Source of the DNA: a candidate division FCPU426 bacterium
Lineage (GTDB): Bacteria > Oederibacteriota > Muellerivitia > Muellerivitales > Muellerivitaceae
Length of the DNA stretch: 64,000 nt
Assembly (NCBI GenBank): GCA_963771075.1
Contig: CAVYSE010000004.1
Span: forward strand, 12,689 to 76,688
Direction: 5' to 3'
The notes below the pieces were generated by a model. The model was given only the letters and a program-made list of their open reading frames with translations, was not told the DNA's origin and ran no database searches. Positions 29,092-39,399 of this stretch are shown here, piece after piece; position 1 is the first letter of the stretch; each line of letters begins with the position of its first letter. The position numbers and the translations under genes were made by a program.

Positions 29092-29469
29092 TTAAATGCG
29101 GAGATTAAGGGGGAGAGGCTTGAAAGAATCCGGGCAGTTCGCCAGCACAGTAGGGCGAGGAATGGGAAAACTGTCCCCGTTCAAATGCCGGAAAAAAGCC
29201 GCTGTAGCGGACAAGACAACGCGAACCTTTTCGTTTTGGCTGAAGGAACACCGGGTAAATCCCGAGTCCTTATGGCAAGTAGGGGCCATCATCCTCGCCT
29301 GGGTGGAGGAGAAACCCAGGTGGGAGCCCGAGAGTGAGGGTATACCCCGATTCATGGCATTGGGCGCGAAAGAAAATGTCAGCATGGCGAAAATCAACAG
29401 CAACCGGCTCGGCATTCTCAGGAATCCCATTCCCAAACAATTGGTTTTTTGATGAATAGTCGATTTCAC
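29092..29469 (-). CDS. Small hypothetical leader-type protein ending in LRI
   Basis: Hydrophobic N-terminal segment; first ORF before the efflux operon; start uncertain. Confidence 0.45.
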   Translation of the reverse strand: MKSTIHQKTNCLGMGFLRMPSRLLLIFAMLTFSFAPNAMNRGIPSLSGSHLGFSSTQARMMAPTCHKDSGFTRCSFSQNEKVRVVLSATAAFFRHLNGDSFPIPRPTVLANCPDSFKPLPLNLRI

Positions 29470-29699
29470 GCTCGTTATCCTTGTGAACCTTCAAAAATTA
29501 ATTATGTGAACGTGTCCATTAAAATACAAGCTGGGTCATAAATTTTATCCGGATGAAACATGAAGGTTCCGCGGTTTCCCATAGAGTTAATGGACACGGT
29601 TTGAAGGCGGAGCCCAAAACATACCAGGGGTTCTTCCATTCGTTTCCCTTCTTGACGTTAATAAAGACCCCCCTTCCCCATCCCGAATTAGGAGGAACC

Positions 29700-30425
29700 A
29701 TGTTCAAACTTTTCTTTTTAATAGCCGCCTTAGCGGGTTCGGCCTGGGCCATTCCCATCTCCTCCCATTCCCAAACAGCGGCCGTCCCAACGCCCTCTCC
29801 CTGGCCCTGGGGCACCGCCCTGTCCGAGTTTCGAACCGTTCAGAAATCCAGGGGCACTTTCACGATTGAACCCTTGCACGCCCGAGCCCTGGATTATCTC
29901 CTCATGGAATTCCACGAGGTGGGCCGGAACGACCCTTCCCGTGCGCCCAAGTTCTCGGTCCAAGTCGCGCCGGGGGACCCGGCCCTCTACGTCTTTTACG
30001 GCGGAAAACTCTGCGCGGTTTCCAAACCCGTCAAGCTGCCGGATTTCGGGAATGTCCGGAAAGCCCTGGAATCCAAGTTAACCCCTTCCCCCAGGATCCA
30101 ATACGCCGACCCCCGGGGCTTTGAGGGGGACCACGGTTCCATGCGGGTCTTCTTTCATTACACCCCCTTTTCGCCCAATCCCGGCACTTCCCTTTACCTC
30201 GTGGAGGTTACGGGCTACTACGACGATGACCTCTATTACGGGGAAAAGCAATTCGACCTCCTGGAGGCGGAAGAGGGCGAAAGGCTTGCGGGGTTCCTGG
30301 TCTGGGTCTCGGGAGATTACCTCCAGGGCGGGAACGCCTATTCCGATTGGCTGGAAATCCGAAAGAACCCCCTATCCCAAGGGAATGTCCCCTTGAGGTG
30401 GTTCAAGGCCGGGATCGGGCCTTGA
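29700..30425 (+). CDS. Secreted hypothetical protein
   Basis: AGGAGG RBS and signal peptide MFKLFFLIAALAGSAWA. Confidence 0.75.
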   Translation: MFKLFFLIAALAGSAWAIPISSHSQTAAVPTPSPWPWGTALSEFRTVQKSRGTFTIEPLHARALDYLLMEFHEVGRNDPSRAPKFSVQVAPGDPALYVFYGGKLCAVSKPVKLPDFGNVRKALESKLTPSPRIQYADPRGFEGDHGSMRVFFHYTPFSPNPGTSLYLVEVTGYYDDDLYYGEKQFDLLEAEEGERLAGFLVWVSGDYLQGGNAYSDWLEIRKNPLSQGNVPLRWFKAGIGP

Positions 30426-30447
30426 CCGGCCGGTTCCAGGGCACGGA

Positions 30448-31410
30448 TCACTTCCCACCGGAGTTGATCCATTCCATGAACATTTGCTGGGCCGTCTGGT
30501 TTTTTCCTTTGATCCAATCATCGCAATCATCGCAGGCAACCGGCTCGTGGCCCATCCGCGTCAATAGGTCCCGGTACTTCCCCATCTTCTCCTTCAGGCC
30601 CAGGCGGCGGCTCAGGCTGTAACAATCCGCCAGGGCGCAAAAATCACCGGGATGGTCCCGGTGGTAGGAATCGAAAAAGTCCAGGTCCTGCGGTGATTCG
30701 GCCCGAGTGGGATGGACTGGGTCATAGCAAGCGACCCGGTCCAGGAAACCGTTGGCGTCCGCCTGGAACGCCTTGCCGTCCCACCCATACCGACGTACGT
30801 AATAAATCTGGAACTCCTCCCCGGTTTTGATTAGGGCCCTCTGGTAAATGCCGATGAAGGCCTTGCCGGTGGCCCTCAGGACGATCGGGCAAAACCCCGA
30901 TCCGCGTACCGCAGGTGCTTTTTCGAACCTGCCGTGCCCGGGTAGTCCCGAGAAAAGATAGACGTTGGCGATTTGGGTCACGCCCTCGGCGCTGTAAACC
31001 ACCAATTGGTCCCGGCCATTCCCGATCAAGTCGGCGCCCTCGAAACCCTCGTATTTGTCCCCTTCGACCAAAACGACCTGTTCCAGTTTCCAATCGCCGC
31101 CATCCAAGTGGAAATAAGCGAACCCCGCCCCCGCATCCTTCACCAACTGCCGTCCGGCGTTGTAAAGCAGGCCCACGTCCTGGTACCCGGCCAATCCAAT
31201 GATGACATCCGTTCCCGGTGTCTTTGAGAATGCGTGGTAGGCGTCCCCCTCGATGTTCCAGAAAACCCCCTTCTTCCCGGGGTACTTCTCCCGCATGACG
31301 TCGTTGATTTCCTCCAACCGTATCTGGCCGAACGCGATCAATTCGCTGGCCGTCTCATCCACCGCGAAAAGGGGAAGGACTGGCAACAACAGGAATAACA
31401 ACCCGAGCAT
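30448..31410 (-). CDS. Secreted hypothetical protein
   Basis: Signal peptide; DLIGNGRDQLVV resembles an FG-GAP/VCBS loop; start uncertain. Confidence 0.65.
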   Translation of the reverse strand: MLGLLFLLLPVLPLFAVDETASELIAFGQIRLEEINDVMREKYPGKKGVFWNIEGDAYHAFSKTPGTDVIIGLAGYQDVGLLYNAGRQLVKDAGAGFAYFHLDGGDWKLEQVVLVEGDKYEGFEGADLIGNGRDQLVVYSAEGVTQIANVYLFSGLPGHGRFEKAPAVRGSGFCPIVLRATGKAFIGIYQRALIKTGEEFQIYYVRRYGWDGKAFQADANGFLDRVACYDPVHPTRAESPQDLDFFDSYHRDHPGDFCALADCYSLSRRLGLKEKMGKYRDLLTRMGHEPVACDDCDDWIKGKNQTAQQMFMEWINSGGK

Positions 31411-31658
31411 TATTTTCACGAATAAACCCCCGCTCCCGCAAGCGGGGCAGGGATAAGTATCGCCGCCGAATTTCAAAGTCCAGGCCATTTCCTGGTCCTT
31501 TCCTCGTTCAGGTTTCCATTGAACCTTTTATGGGCCAACCATTGCTGGCAGGGCACCGGGTTTCTCTTTCACTCGTTTTGTTCCCGTCGGGGAAACTGGG
31601 GAGCCGGGGGGCGGCCCGCGTCCGATTCCCCCCGGCCGAACCAGGCCGCCGGGCGGTC

Positions 31659-31916
31659 CTAGACGGGAAGACCCGTCACTAAACTGTGGAGGGTCCGCAA
31701 GGCCCGATAGGCATCCTCCCCTTCCGCCGATATTTCCAGGTCGTGGTCCCCGGACTCCAGCAGGGTGACCATTTCAGGAAGGCTCTTGGGGTTTACTTCG
31801 ACCTTTCCATTGCAAATCCTTATCCTGGCCTTGAACTGGGCGGCTGTCCGGCTGAGATCCATCAAGGTACGAAATTGAAGCGGGGAAGCGTGTGGCACTT
31901 CTAATTTAAGCAGCAT
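31659..31916 (-). CDS. HPr-family protein, Crh-like (no catalytic His)
   Basis: 85 aa; AAQFKARIRI, VNPKSL and LEISAEGEDA; GGAGG RBS. Confidence 0.85.
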   Translation of the reverse strand: MLLKLEVPHASPLQFRTLMDLSRTAAQFKARIRICNGKVEVNPKSLPEMVTLLESGDHDLEISAEGEDAYRALRTLHSLVTGLPV

Positions 31917-32035
31917 CGCTATGTCCTCCGTGGTGAAAAACTTGTTGAAGTGGGCTTGTTTCTTTACTGAAAGCGGATCGGCGGTCCGCAAAAGAGACAC
32001 ATTGGGGGATCAAAAGCCGCGGTGGGGGAATGATC

Positions 32036-32395
32036 TCAAATTCTTAAGGGAACGGTATAACTCAGGGGAAATGAAGCCAACCGACAGGCAAATAGGATGG
32101 GTTCATTCATGAAACTCACACCCATCTCTCGTTTCCAGGATTGGAGGTATTTCGAATAAACTAAATGAGGCTTATGAGGTTTTGAATCCGCTTCCTGGAA
32201 TTGGGAGTCCAATTGGCGTATCAGGGTTCTTGCCTGATGCCGGCCTGGACTGTTGGCGGCATAGATGGTTCCGGAGTAAAAACCCTGGTTATGAACGCAC
32301 AAGCTGAGAAGCGGCCGACACACGAAAAGGGTAAGAACAGCCGCCATCAGGCTGATCAACGATATCCTCCGCAACAGGTCCATTAGTACCAGCAT
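32036..32395 (-). CDS. Small hypothetical protein ending in LRI
   Basis: GGAGGA RBS and N-terminal TM segment. Confidence 0.6.
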   Translation of the reverse strand: MLVLMDLLRRISLISLMAAVLTLFVCRPLLSLCVHNQGFYSGTIYAANSPGRHQARTLIRQLDSQFQEADSKPHKPHLVYSKYLQSWKREMGVSFMNEPILFACRLASFPLSYTVPLRI

Positions 32396-32428
32396 GGATT
32401 TCCTCCCCGTCTCAAAAAACGGTCCGCC

Positions 32429-33895
32429 TTAGGCATTCTTCCCCTCCCGAGGCAGTCCATCCCGGTTGAAAAACGCCAAAGACCCGTCCTTATGGATCAA
32501 CTCGATCCTCAGGGTGCCGGTCCCGGAATCCTTGAATTGGACGCCGATGACGCTCGAATCCAGGTACACCGGCTTGGCGGGGCTAGCCGAATTCCCCGTG
32601 TCATAGAGGAAGGCGTCGCCATCCTCCGTAACCTTGACCAGTCGGTTGCCATCCGGGCTCTGGAATTTCAACATCCCATTCGGGCTGGTTCCCTCCTGGG
32701 TGGCCTGGGCAGGGGCTTGCGCGCTTTCCGATTCATCGGAACCACTCCCATTATCCGCTACGGGTTGTTGTTGGGGGGTGCAACCGTAATCTGCGGGCGT
32801 CTGGGGGGGCGTGCTGTTATCGGCGGGCGCCTGGTCAAACCCTTTATCCGAACCTCCGGGGGGGGCCGCTTCAGCGGTGCCGTCCCCATTGTCTTCGGCC
32901 GGGACGTAATTGCCGTTTTCATATATATAGACCGTGTTATTCACGGGATCGGCCCAGTTCCAATAGCCGTCGTTCCAATAGCACCAGTTGGTGGTCCAGG
33001 GATCCTGCCACCACCAGTTATCGGCGTAATACTGCGCCCAGAAGAAGCCCGCGCCGCAGCCCCAGCCGTACCAGTTGCATCCCCAGCCGTCGCAATAATG
33101 GCAATAGGGGTTGCCGTTCCAATTGTGCCAGTAGGCTTGGTTTCGTCCGAACTCGTTACGGTTGAAACCGTTCACCCCGTTCATGAACCCCCTGTTCCCC
33201 GCAAAGGAGGCCATACGACCCGTGACCACTTTCGAACCCATGTCACGGGAGGAAACGGACCGTCCCGGCATGCCATGACTGGCAAGGGCCCCCGTGGATA
33301 GGGCGGGAGCAGAGTGCTGGAAGGACGCGGGGAGTGATGCCCTATTTCCGACCTGGGCCCCAGCGGTCCCTAATCCCCTTGGGTTCCCCGCCGTTTGGGA
33401 AGTGGAGGCATGGTTGAAGTGATGCAGGCCATTGGACGCACCATAGGACCCGTATGAGGCCCGGAGGTTGCCGTATGATGATCCCGGATGGTTGAAATGG
33501 TGTAGCGCGGGAACCGACCGGTTATTCCCATAAGCGCCTTGGGCGCGGTTCGAATTCCATCCCGGCGTGTAAGACCTTCCGTTTCCCCGGGGATTTCCAT
33601 AGGAACGGCGGTTAAAGGATCGGGCACTACCCCCCCGGTAAACCCGGGAAGCACCGCCCCAACCTCCTGCGCCCCTGGAAAACGTGCTTGAACCTCCGCC
33701 GCTCCATCCCCTTCCACCGTTGAAGCCACTCCCGGCCCGACCACCGCTGGAATGATCACCACCGCCGTTCGAACCTCCGCTCCATCCGCCTGAACCGCCA
33801 CCGCTGTAACCGCCGCCTCCGCCACCCCGGAAAGCCAAAGTCATGGCCACCGGCAAGAGGAAAAACAAAAAACCTAGAATCTGTTTGCTTTTCAT
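32429..33895 (-). CDS. Secreted Gly-rich, Trp/Tyr/Cys-rich hypothetical protein
   Basis: Signal peptide, Gly/Ser/Arg low-complexity region, aromatic YW/WW block, globular C-terminal domain. Confidence 0.7.
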   Translation of the reverse strand: MKSKQILGFLFFLLPVAMTLAFRGGGGGGYSGGGSGGWSGGSNGGGDHSSGGRAGSGFNGGRGWSGGGSSTFSRGAGGWGGASRVYRGGSARSFNRRSYGNPRGNGRSYTPGWNSNRAQGAYGNNRSVPALHHFNHPGSSYGNLRASYGSYGASNGLHHFNHASTSQTAGNPRGLGTAGAQVGNRASLPASFQHSAPALSTGALASHGMPGRSVSSRDMGSKVVTGRMASFAGNRGFMNGVNGFNRNEFGRNQAYWHNWNGNPYCHYCDGWGCNWYGWGCGAGFFWAQYYADNWWWQDPWTTNWCYWNDGYWNWADPVNNTVYIYENGNYVPAEDNGDGTAEAAPPGGSDKGFDQAPADNSTPPQTPADYGCTPQQQPVADNGSGSDESESAQAPAQATQEGTSPNGMLKFQSPDGNRLVKVTEDGDAFLYDTGNSASPAKPVYLDSSVIGVQFKDSGTGTLRIELIHKDGSLAFFNRDGLPREGKNA

Positions 33896-34200
33896 TTCGC
33901 ACCATCCCGCCGGAAAGGCCAAGGGATTCTTCCCGGCTCCTAGTGTTTAGACGCACCAGGGGCACTCCCGAGTTCAATTTATTTTATTCAGATGGATATG
34001 GAAAGACGCGAGGAGTGAGGCTCATGATGTTGTTAAAGATTTCTCAAAGGAAACCCTTGTTTCCCGCCACCCGGATTCATAAAAAACTATCTCCAACATG
34101 CATGTGAAAGCTTCCCAAAGCTTCCCCAATCATGATTTTAACCATGGAAACAACGGGTTGGGTTCAATGACTTCGGTCAAAGGGTGGCAACCGGAATCAA

Positions 34201-35631
34201 CTATTTGAGCGCCGCGTCCAGTTCCGTTTGGCTTGAGACCGTCCGTAGGTCGTTGATCTTTTTCCAATCGTCCGGCTTTATGCTTTCCTGTGCCGAAACG
34301 GGGTAAAACCTGGCGAATTTCGATCTCGCGTTTTCATCCTTGTCAATCTTGTCCGTCAAGGCTGTCAGCGTTTCCACGTTGTAGCCCTTGAACCCGTAAG
34401 CGTCATCAAAGTCGTATTCCAGCCCCCATTGCCCGCCCTGGACACCCTTCGCGGTGGTGAGATTTTTCAGGTAATAGGTTTCCTCATCCTTCATTTCGCC
34501 GGTTACTGGGTCATATTTCATCACCTGGAACCCCGGATTGTTGAACCGGATGGGGCTGACCGCGGGGCAGATATGGGTGATCAGGAATGGCTTCCCATCC
34601 TTTTTCATCAGCTTGAAATCGTCCATGTGGGTGTGCCCCGCGAAGATAAAATCCACCGTATCGGCATAATCCCTCATCAATTGACAGAAGGCCTCTTCGT
34701 TTTCCGTTCCCCAGAAAAACTTCCCCGGTTTCTTGCCGTCGGCCTTGGCGAGTGCCTTGAGGGTCCCGAACACGTCCGTTTGGGGCGGAATGTGCATGAT
34801 CAACTGGACCTTCAACTTATTCGACTTCGCCTCCTCCAACCGCCCCTTCAGCCAGGCCAGCTCTTCTCCCCCCGCCACGTCATTGGGCTCGGAATGGCAG
34901 GAATCGTTGGAGTATCGGTTGGACCAGTAGATGTCGTTGATGACGATGAACCGGGTATCCTCCAGGGTAGGATGCGGCAGTTCGTAGTATCCCGCCTGGG
35001 CCATGGTCTCCATGGCTTCCGGATGGCCCTTCAGGACATTCCATTCTTCTGCAATATCCTTGAGGAAGGGGGTTCGGGTGGCCATCATATAGTCGCCGCA
35101 CTCGGAGTCGTTGTTGCCCAAGGAAAAATAGACCGGCGTGCCACCCAGGTACTTCTGGACCTCGCGCGACACGAAAATCTCGGTCTTGGTCACAAAATCC
35201 TCGTAAGTCTTCTCGTCCTTCCCGCCCAGGGGCTCGAATAGGTCCCTCGACTCATGGACCAGGTAATCGCCGGTCACCACCGCGAAATCATAAGGGCCCC
35301 TCCTTTGGACACTCATCAGGGTCGAAACGAGCAAGGGATAATTGGTGTCTTTTCCGGGAGCGGATAAAGCCGTTTGGGGGACGGACTCAAAAACGCCCTC
35401 CCATTGTTCCACCGGTTGAGCGATGAGTTGTTTGACCAAGGCCGGGTCTGCGAAGGGATCAAGATGAATGTCGGAAAGGAGAAGAATCTTTCCTGACCTC
35501 GGGTTATCCTTGTCCTCCGGCCCCTCCGTCAGTTCCTTGGTCCAGCCCCTACCCATCCAACCGAGCCCCAACATCAAGGACAGGCCAATGTACAGAAATT
35601 TAGTTTTGCTCATGATCCGTTCCTTATTCAC
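34201..35631 (-). CDS. Secreted acid-sphingomyelinase-like metallophosphoesterase
   Basis: SDIHLDP, TGD, LGNND, MHIPP, AGHTHMD, PAVSP and NNPGF. Confidence 0.9.
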   Translation of the reverse strand: MNKERIMSKTKFLYIGLSLMLGLGWMGRGWTKELTEGPEDKDNPRSGKILLLSDIHLDPFADPALVKQLIAQPVEQWEGVFESVPQTALSAPGKDTNYPLLVSTLMSVQRRGPYDFAVVTGDYLVHESRDLFEPLGGKDEKTYEDFVTKTEIFVSREVQKYLGGTPVYFSLGNNDSECGDYMMATRTPFLKDIAEEWNVLKGHPEAMETMAQAGYYELPHPTLEDTRFIVINDIYWSNRYSNDSCHSEPNDVAGGEELAWLKGRLEEAKSNKLKVQLIMHIPPQTDVFGTLKALAKADGKKPGKFFWGTENEEAFCQLMRDYADTVDFIFAGHTHMDDFKLMKKDGKPFLITHICPAVSPIRFNNPGFQVMKYDPVTGEMKDEETYYLKNLTTAKGVQGGQWGLEYDFDDAYGFKGYNVETLTALTDKIDKDENARSKFARFYPVSAQESIKPDDWKKINDLRTVSSQTELDAALK

Positions 35632-35992
35632 ATGATTTTCCGGACTGCCTATCCCCTCAAGCCGCGCCCATAGACTTCAGTCACACAGGGGAGGAGGAGA
35701 CTATCATTTCCCCGGGGCTGGGGATGACATTCCAGCAGCTGTTTCACTTTCACGGTAGCTTCCATTTTTCGGGATCGCTCAGGGCGGATAAGAATGCCAG
35801 AAACCGGCGAGTCATGTTTTTCTCTTGTGTTAAAACCCCGGAGCCCCCTCAGTGGTCCCATATTACGGTCAGTCATGATCAATCATGTTAAGGCTCAGTA
35901 AAATTACCACCGGAACCGCTGCTGGGAACCTATTGATAACACGAGGGGAACAATCTGGGAGCTCACCTTATTTGACGAAGCGCCATGACTGC

Positions 35993-36862
35993 TCAGGGAG
36001 GCGGGGGGATCTCATCCGGGGTGGGATTGGGAGTGGCGGTGGGGGTCCATGTGGGCAAGGGTTTTAAAACCGGTTTGGCCCCGTAATTCTTGTTCACGGA
36101 TACGGAAAAACTTTTACTGGTAAAGGGTACGCCTCCCTTGTTCATCTCGTTCCCCGCTTCCACCGCGTAAAGCCACCAGGAAGGCTGGATATAACCTCTC
36201 TTTTGGGAATCATCCAGGAATTGCTTGATGTCGAGGTTTTCGATGGAATCCGTTCTATCCTTTGCCAGATAGGCAACGTATTTCCTCGTGCCATTCCCCT
36301 CGGGCACGTCCCATTTCCATACCTCCCAACCCATCCCGTCGATGGTGGCCGGGCCCTGGTCATATTGCCAGCCGTGGGTATCGCGGTAGTCGAGCCAGAT
36401 CATCACCTCGGCGCCCTTGGGAAACCCATCGGAACCGCAACTGTGGTCCTGGCAAAGCCAAATGTCATAGGCCGCGTCCCAGGCGCCGGTATTTGTGGGT
36501 TCGAATGACCAACTGGTCATCACGCATTTCAAGGAGTTCAGGGGCGCGGGAAGCTCGGTGGTGGGGCTGCTTTGTCCCCAGGCGCTTCCAAAAACAACCG
36601 ATGGATAGGATGCGATCGAGTAGCCGCAATCATGGTCGCCCTGGGTGACGGTGAAGGAGCCCGTCTGGTCGTCAATGTCCATGCATTGGGTTCCCGGGCA
36701 TTTCTCCTGGTTCCAGTAATCGGTTTGAACGATATATTTTCCCACAGTTACTGCCTGGTAACGCTCACAGGTGGAGACGGTTTCCGCCATACCTCTGGGG
36801 GTCACCAGTCCACAAGCCAACCAAAGAATTCCCCAAAACCGCGCTTTATATATAGAAGGCAT
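35993..36862 (-). CDS. Glycoside hydrolase family 12 (endoglucanase-like)
   Basis: ASYPS, WDAAYDIW, GAEVMIWL and LYAVEAGNE; Thr/Pro tail. Confidence 0.9.
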   Translation of the reverse strand: MPSIYKARFWGILWLACGLVTPRGMAETVSTCERYQAVTVGKYIVQTDYWNQEKCPGTQCMDIDDQTGSFTVTQGDHDCGYSIASYPSVVFGSAWGQSSPTTELPAPLNSLKCVMTSWSFEPTNTGAWDAAYDIWLCQDHSCGSDGFPKGAEVMIWLDYRDTHGWQYDQGPATIDGMGWEVWKWDVPEGNGTRKYVAYLAKDRTDSIENLDIKQFLDDSQKRGYIQPSWWLYAVEAGNEMNKGGVPFTSKSFSVSVNKNYGAKPVLKPLPTWTPTATPNPTPDEIPPPP

Positions 36863-37148
36863 ACCTAAAAGATGGTGAAAGCTTGGATGTTCCCGAGTGA
36901 AATATTTCACGCTGATCCTTTTACCCAAATTAAACGTTCAAACCTTCCCAGATTAGACGTCCTTCGACCAAAAGTGTCGTACTGAAGCTGTTATAACCTC
37001 ATCTTGCCTAATATAAGCCTGTATGGGGCAATCTAACCAATCTCGTTTTCAGGGATTTTTCTTTTCTTAAAAAAATTCGTGAAACCATTCCTGCGTCTTG
37101 AGGAATCCATTGACAGGCATTAAAACGCCCGCCCAAAATGCACAACAT

Positions 37149-37592
37149 ATGACATACACCGAACGCTCGATCGATGTCGCCGGTTTAAACATGACCGTGG
37201 ATCCGCAGGCGGAATACCTCCGTGTCGCTTTCGGGGGGATCTTTTCCGTTTCCCAGGCCGGCCCGGTTTCCGCCCACGTCCTCGAACTCACCCAAGAATA
37301 TCAGGCAAAAAGGGTCTTGATCGATTTTCGGGAAATCACGGGCGACCCCACCACCATGGAACGCTTCACCCTCTCCAGCGTTTTCGCCGCGAAATATATC
37401 CTCTACCGGAGCACGAACAAGATACCCGCGACACTCTTCGCCGTCCTGGGAAACCATCCCTTCGTCGACAAGCAAAAATTCGAGGAGCACGTGGCCGTCA
37501 ACCGGGGCGTACCCATCCGGATTTTCGTCGATTTTCACCAGGCGTTGAAATGGCTCGGGGTTGACCCAACCCGTGAAAATCCCGTTCCCTAA
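37149..37592 (+). CDS. Hypothetical protein, SpoIIAA/STAS-like
   Basis: VLIDFRE...FEEHVAVNRG...IRIFVDFHQALKWL. Confidence 0.65.
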   Translation: MTYTERSIDVAGLNMTVDPQAEYLRVAFGGIFSVSQAGPVSAHVLELTQEYQAKRVLIDFREITGDPTTMERFTLSSVFAAKYILYRSTNKIPATLFAVLGNHPFVDKQKFEEHVAVNRGVPIRIFVDFHQALKWLGVDPTRENPVP

Positions 37593-37634
37593 AAGGGTCC
37601 GCCCGCCGGAAACCCTCGTGGCCTAAAGGACATT

Positions 37635-38441
37635 TTAATTCTGACGAGTCGTCTCTTCATTGATGACCGGTTCATCCACCGTTTGGCCCCAATCGCTCTG
37701 CTGGTCGACCCTGAACAGAATCCACTGCCGGACGCCTATCCGCTGGAAGGTCCAATATTCCCTGAAAGTTTGAAACCTGAGTCCATCACGCGACGTTAAG
37801 GGTTTTGTGCTATCGTCGTTATTGAAATATCGGCCCTTGTCGTCAGTGAAATAATCAACCGCGCCCGCGTCAATGCAGGCGGCGAATTTATCCCTGTCCC
37901 TGTTCAAATAGTTCTCGATCTCAACAATCGAAATATTTTGAACCTTCAAGTTCTCCATGTAATCCTTTTGCCCCATTTTCTGGTAGAACTTGATGTCGCT
38001 CTCCCACTTGGCATAAATTTCAGGAGCCAGGAGCGCCTTCAACTTGGGCAGGTCCTGGACGCACCAGGCTTCTTGGATCTTCATGAAGGATTTCTCGGCC
38101 ATAGCCTTCAGGTGCTTTTCATCCCACTCGGAGTCCAAGGGGGCAAGCTCCTTCAAGACCTCTTCGACTTTTTCCGATTTTTTCTGGGTTTTCCAGTTCC
38201 CATACCAATACAGCAGGCCGGAAAAGGCGATCAAACCGGTGATTTCTAGAAAGATTAAAGGGTAGTCCTTCGCGGGTATGGGTGGTTGGCCTCCACCCGC
38301 CAAGCCATGACCGCCTCCACCACCGCCCCCTCCTCCACCGCCTCCACCGCCGCCACCCCGCGCGAAAGCGTCCAAAAGGGACATAACCCACAGGAACAGG
38401 ACGGTCCAAAAGTATTTCAAATTCAGGTTAGACATAAACAA
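37635..38441 (-). CDS. Tim44-like domain membrane protein
   Basis: AFARGGGG poly-Gly after a signal peptide, TM segment, FMKIQEAW and FREYWTFQR. Confidence 0.85.
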   Translation of the reverse strand: MFMSNLNLKYFWTVLFLWVMSLLDAFARGGGGGGGGGGGGGGGGHGLAGGGQPPIPAKDYPLIFLEITGLIAFSGLLYWYGNWKTQKKSEKVEEVLKELAPLDSEWDEKHLKAMAEKSFMKIQEAWCVQDLPKLKALLAPEIYAKWESDIKFYQKMGQKDYMENLKVQNISIVEIENYLNRDRDKFAACIDAGAVDYFTDDKGRYFNNDDSTKPLTSRDGLRFQTFREYWTFQRIGVRQWILFRVDQQSDWGQTVDEPVINEETTRQN

Positions 38442-38473
38442 ACCTCAACAAAAGCGTCCCATCGGTGGAAAGA

Positions 38474-39352
38474 TCACTTTGTTTCAGACCAGCGGACCAA
38501 TTGCAGGCCGTAATCTTTAGTAATATCCAATTGGTAAACCTTGCCGGTGTCCTCGTTGACCCGGAACAAACCATAATCGGCATCCCAAAAATAGACCGGG
38601 TTGAGGTTCTTGTCGAATTTATAAAGCCGATACCGCATTTCATGACACCGCGGATCATTGGGCGGCATGCCCGGAAAAGCCGGCTTCCCATAATAAAGAA
38701 ACAAGTTCCCGTTTTTGTCCATGGTTTCGATGTCCACCCAATGGTAGCCCTCATAATCAACCTGGGTCGAATGGGCCTGATCGGGGGTGGTGAACACCGT
38801 TGAAGCTTCGGTGCCGTTTTTGACGTAATGCTTTTGGATGGAATCCAATGCGCCCGGGGAGAGGGGCCGGGAAAAATTATGATAAGTTTTCCCAGTCTGT
38901 ATGTTGAAAAGAACCCCATCCCTTAAACGCGGCGTTTCCAGATAATCGTCAAAATTCAAGTCATGGGCATGGGCTCCATCGGTATCACAGGTGAAACCCC
39001 TGTATCCGACATAAAAAAGGATCTTCCCCTGGCGGGCGAAGAAGTTCCATCTTTTGTTGTACTTTCGGTTCCAGGTAACTTCCCTGATCTTTCCCCCTTT
39101 CGAATTGAAAACCTTCAGGATCGATGTCCTGTCCAAGAAATAGACATTCTCATTTTCATCCACATCGAACCTTAAATATCCCTCGTCTAAATCCATGAAG
39201 TTGACAGGCCCTCGGCGCATGCGGACGCTCAGGTCCTTGGAATTGAACCGGCAAACCACTTCCTTTTGGTATTGTTCCTGCCCAAAGGATTGGACGGGAA
39301 CCAGCGCGTAAAAAGCGATGACCGCGGGGAGAAGGAATAAACTCCGGTTCAT
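38474..39352 (-). CDS. Secreted hypothetical protein (beta-propeller-like)
   Basis: Signal peptide; repeated DENENVY / DKNGNLF / DTGKVY turns. Confidence 0.6.
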   Translation of the reverse strand: MNRSLFLLPAVIAFYALVPVQSFGQEQYQKEVVCRFNSKDLSVRMRRGPVNFMDLDEGYLRFDVDENENVYFLDRTSILKVFNSKGGKIREVTWNRKYNKRWNFFARQGKILFYVGYRGFTCDTDGAHAHDLNFDDYLETPRLRDGVLFNIQTGKTYHNFSRPLSPGALDSIQKHYVKNGTEASTVFTTPDQAHSTQVDYEGYHWVDIETMDKNGNLFLYYGKPAFPGMPPNDPRCHEMRYRLYKFDKNLNPVYFWDADYGLFRVNEDTGKVYQLDITKDYGLQLVRWSETK

Positions 39353-39399
39353 TTTGTTCAATTGGATCTCCCTGTCATGACGGACCGATACCCTGCGGC

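Noticed and set aside
35640..35990. Possible riboswitch upstream of the sphingomyelinase-like gene
   Set aside because: No known aptamer consensus recognised by eye; an Rfam scan would be needed
38300..38362. GGN/CCN triplet run as a DNA repeat element
   Set aside because: It simply encodes the poly-Gly segment typical of Tim44-like proteins
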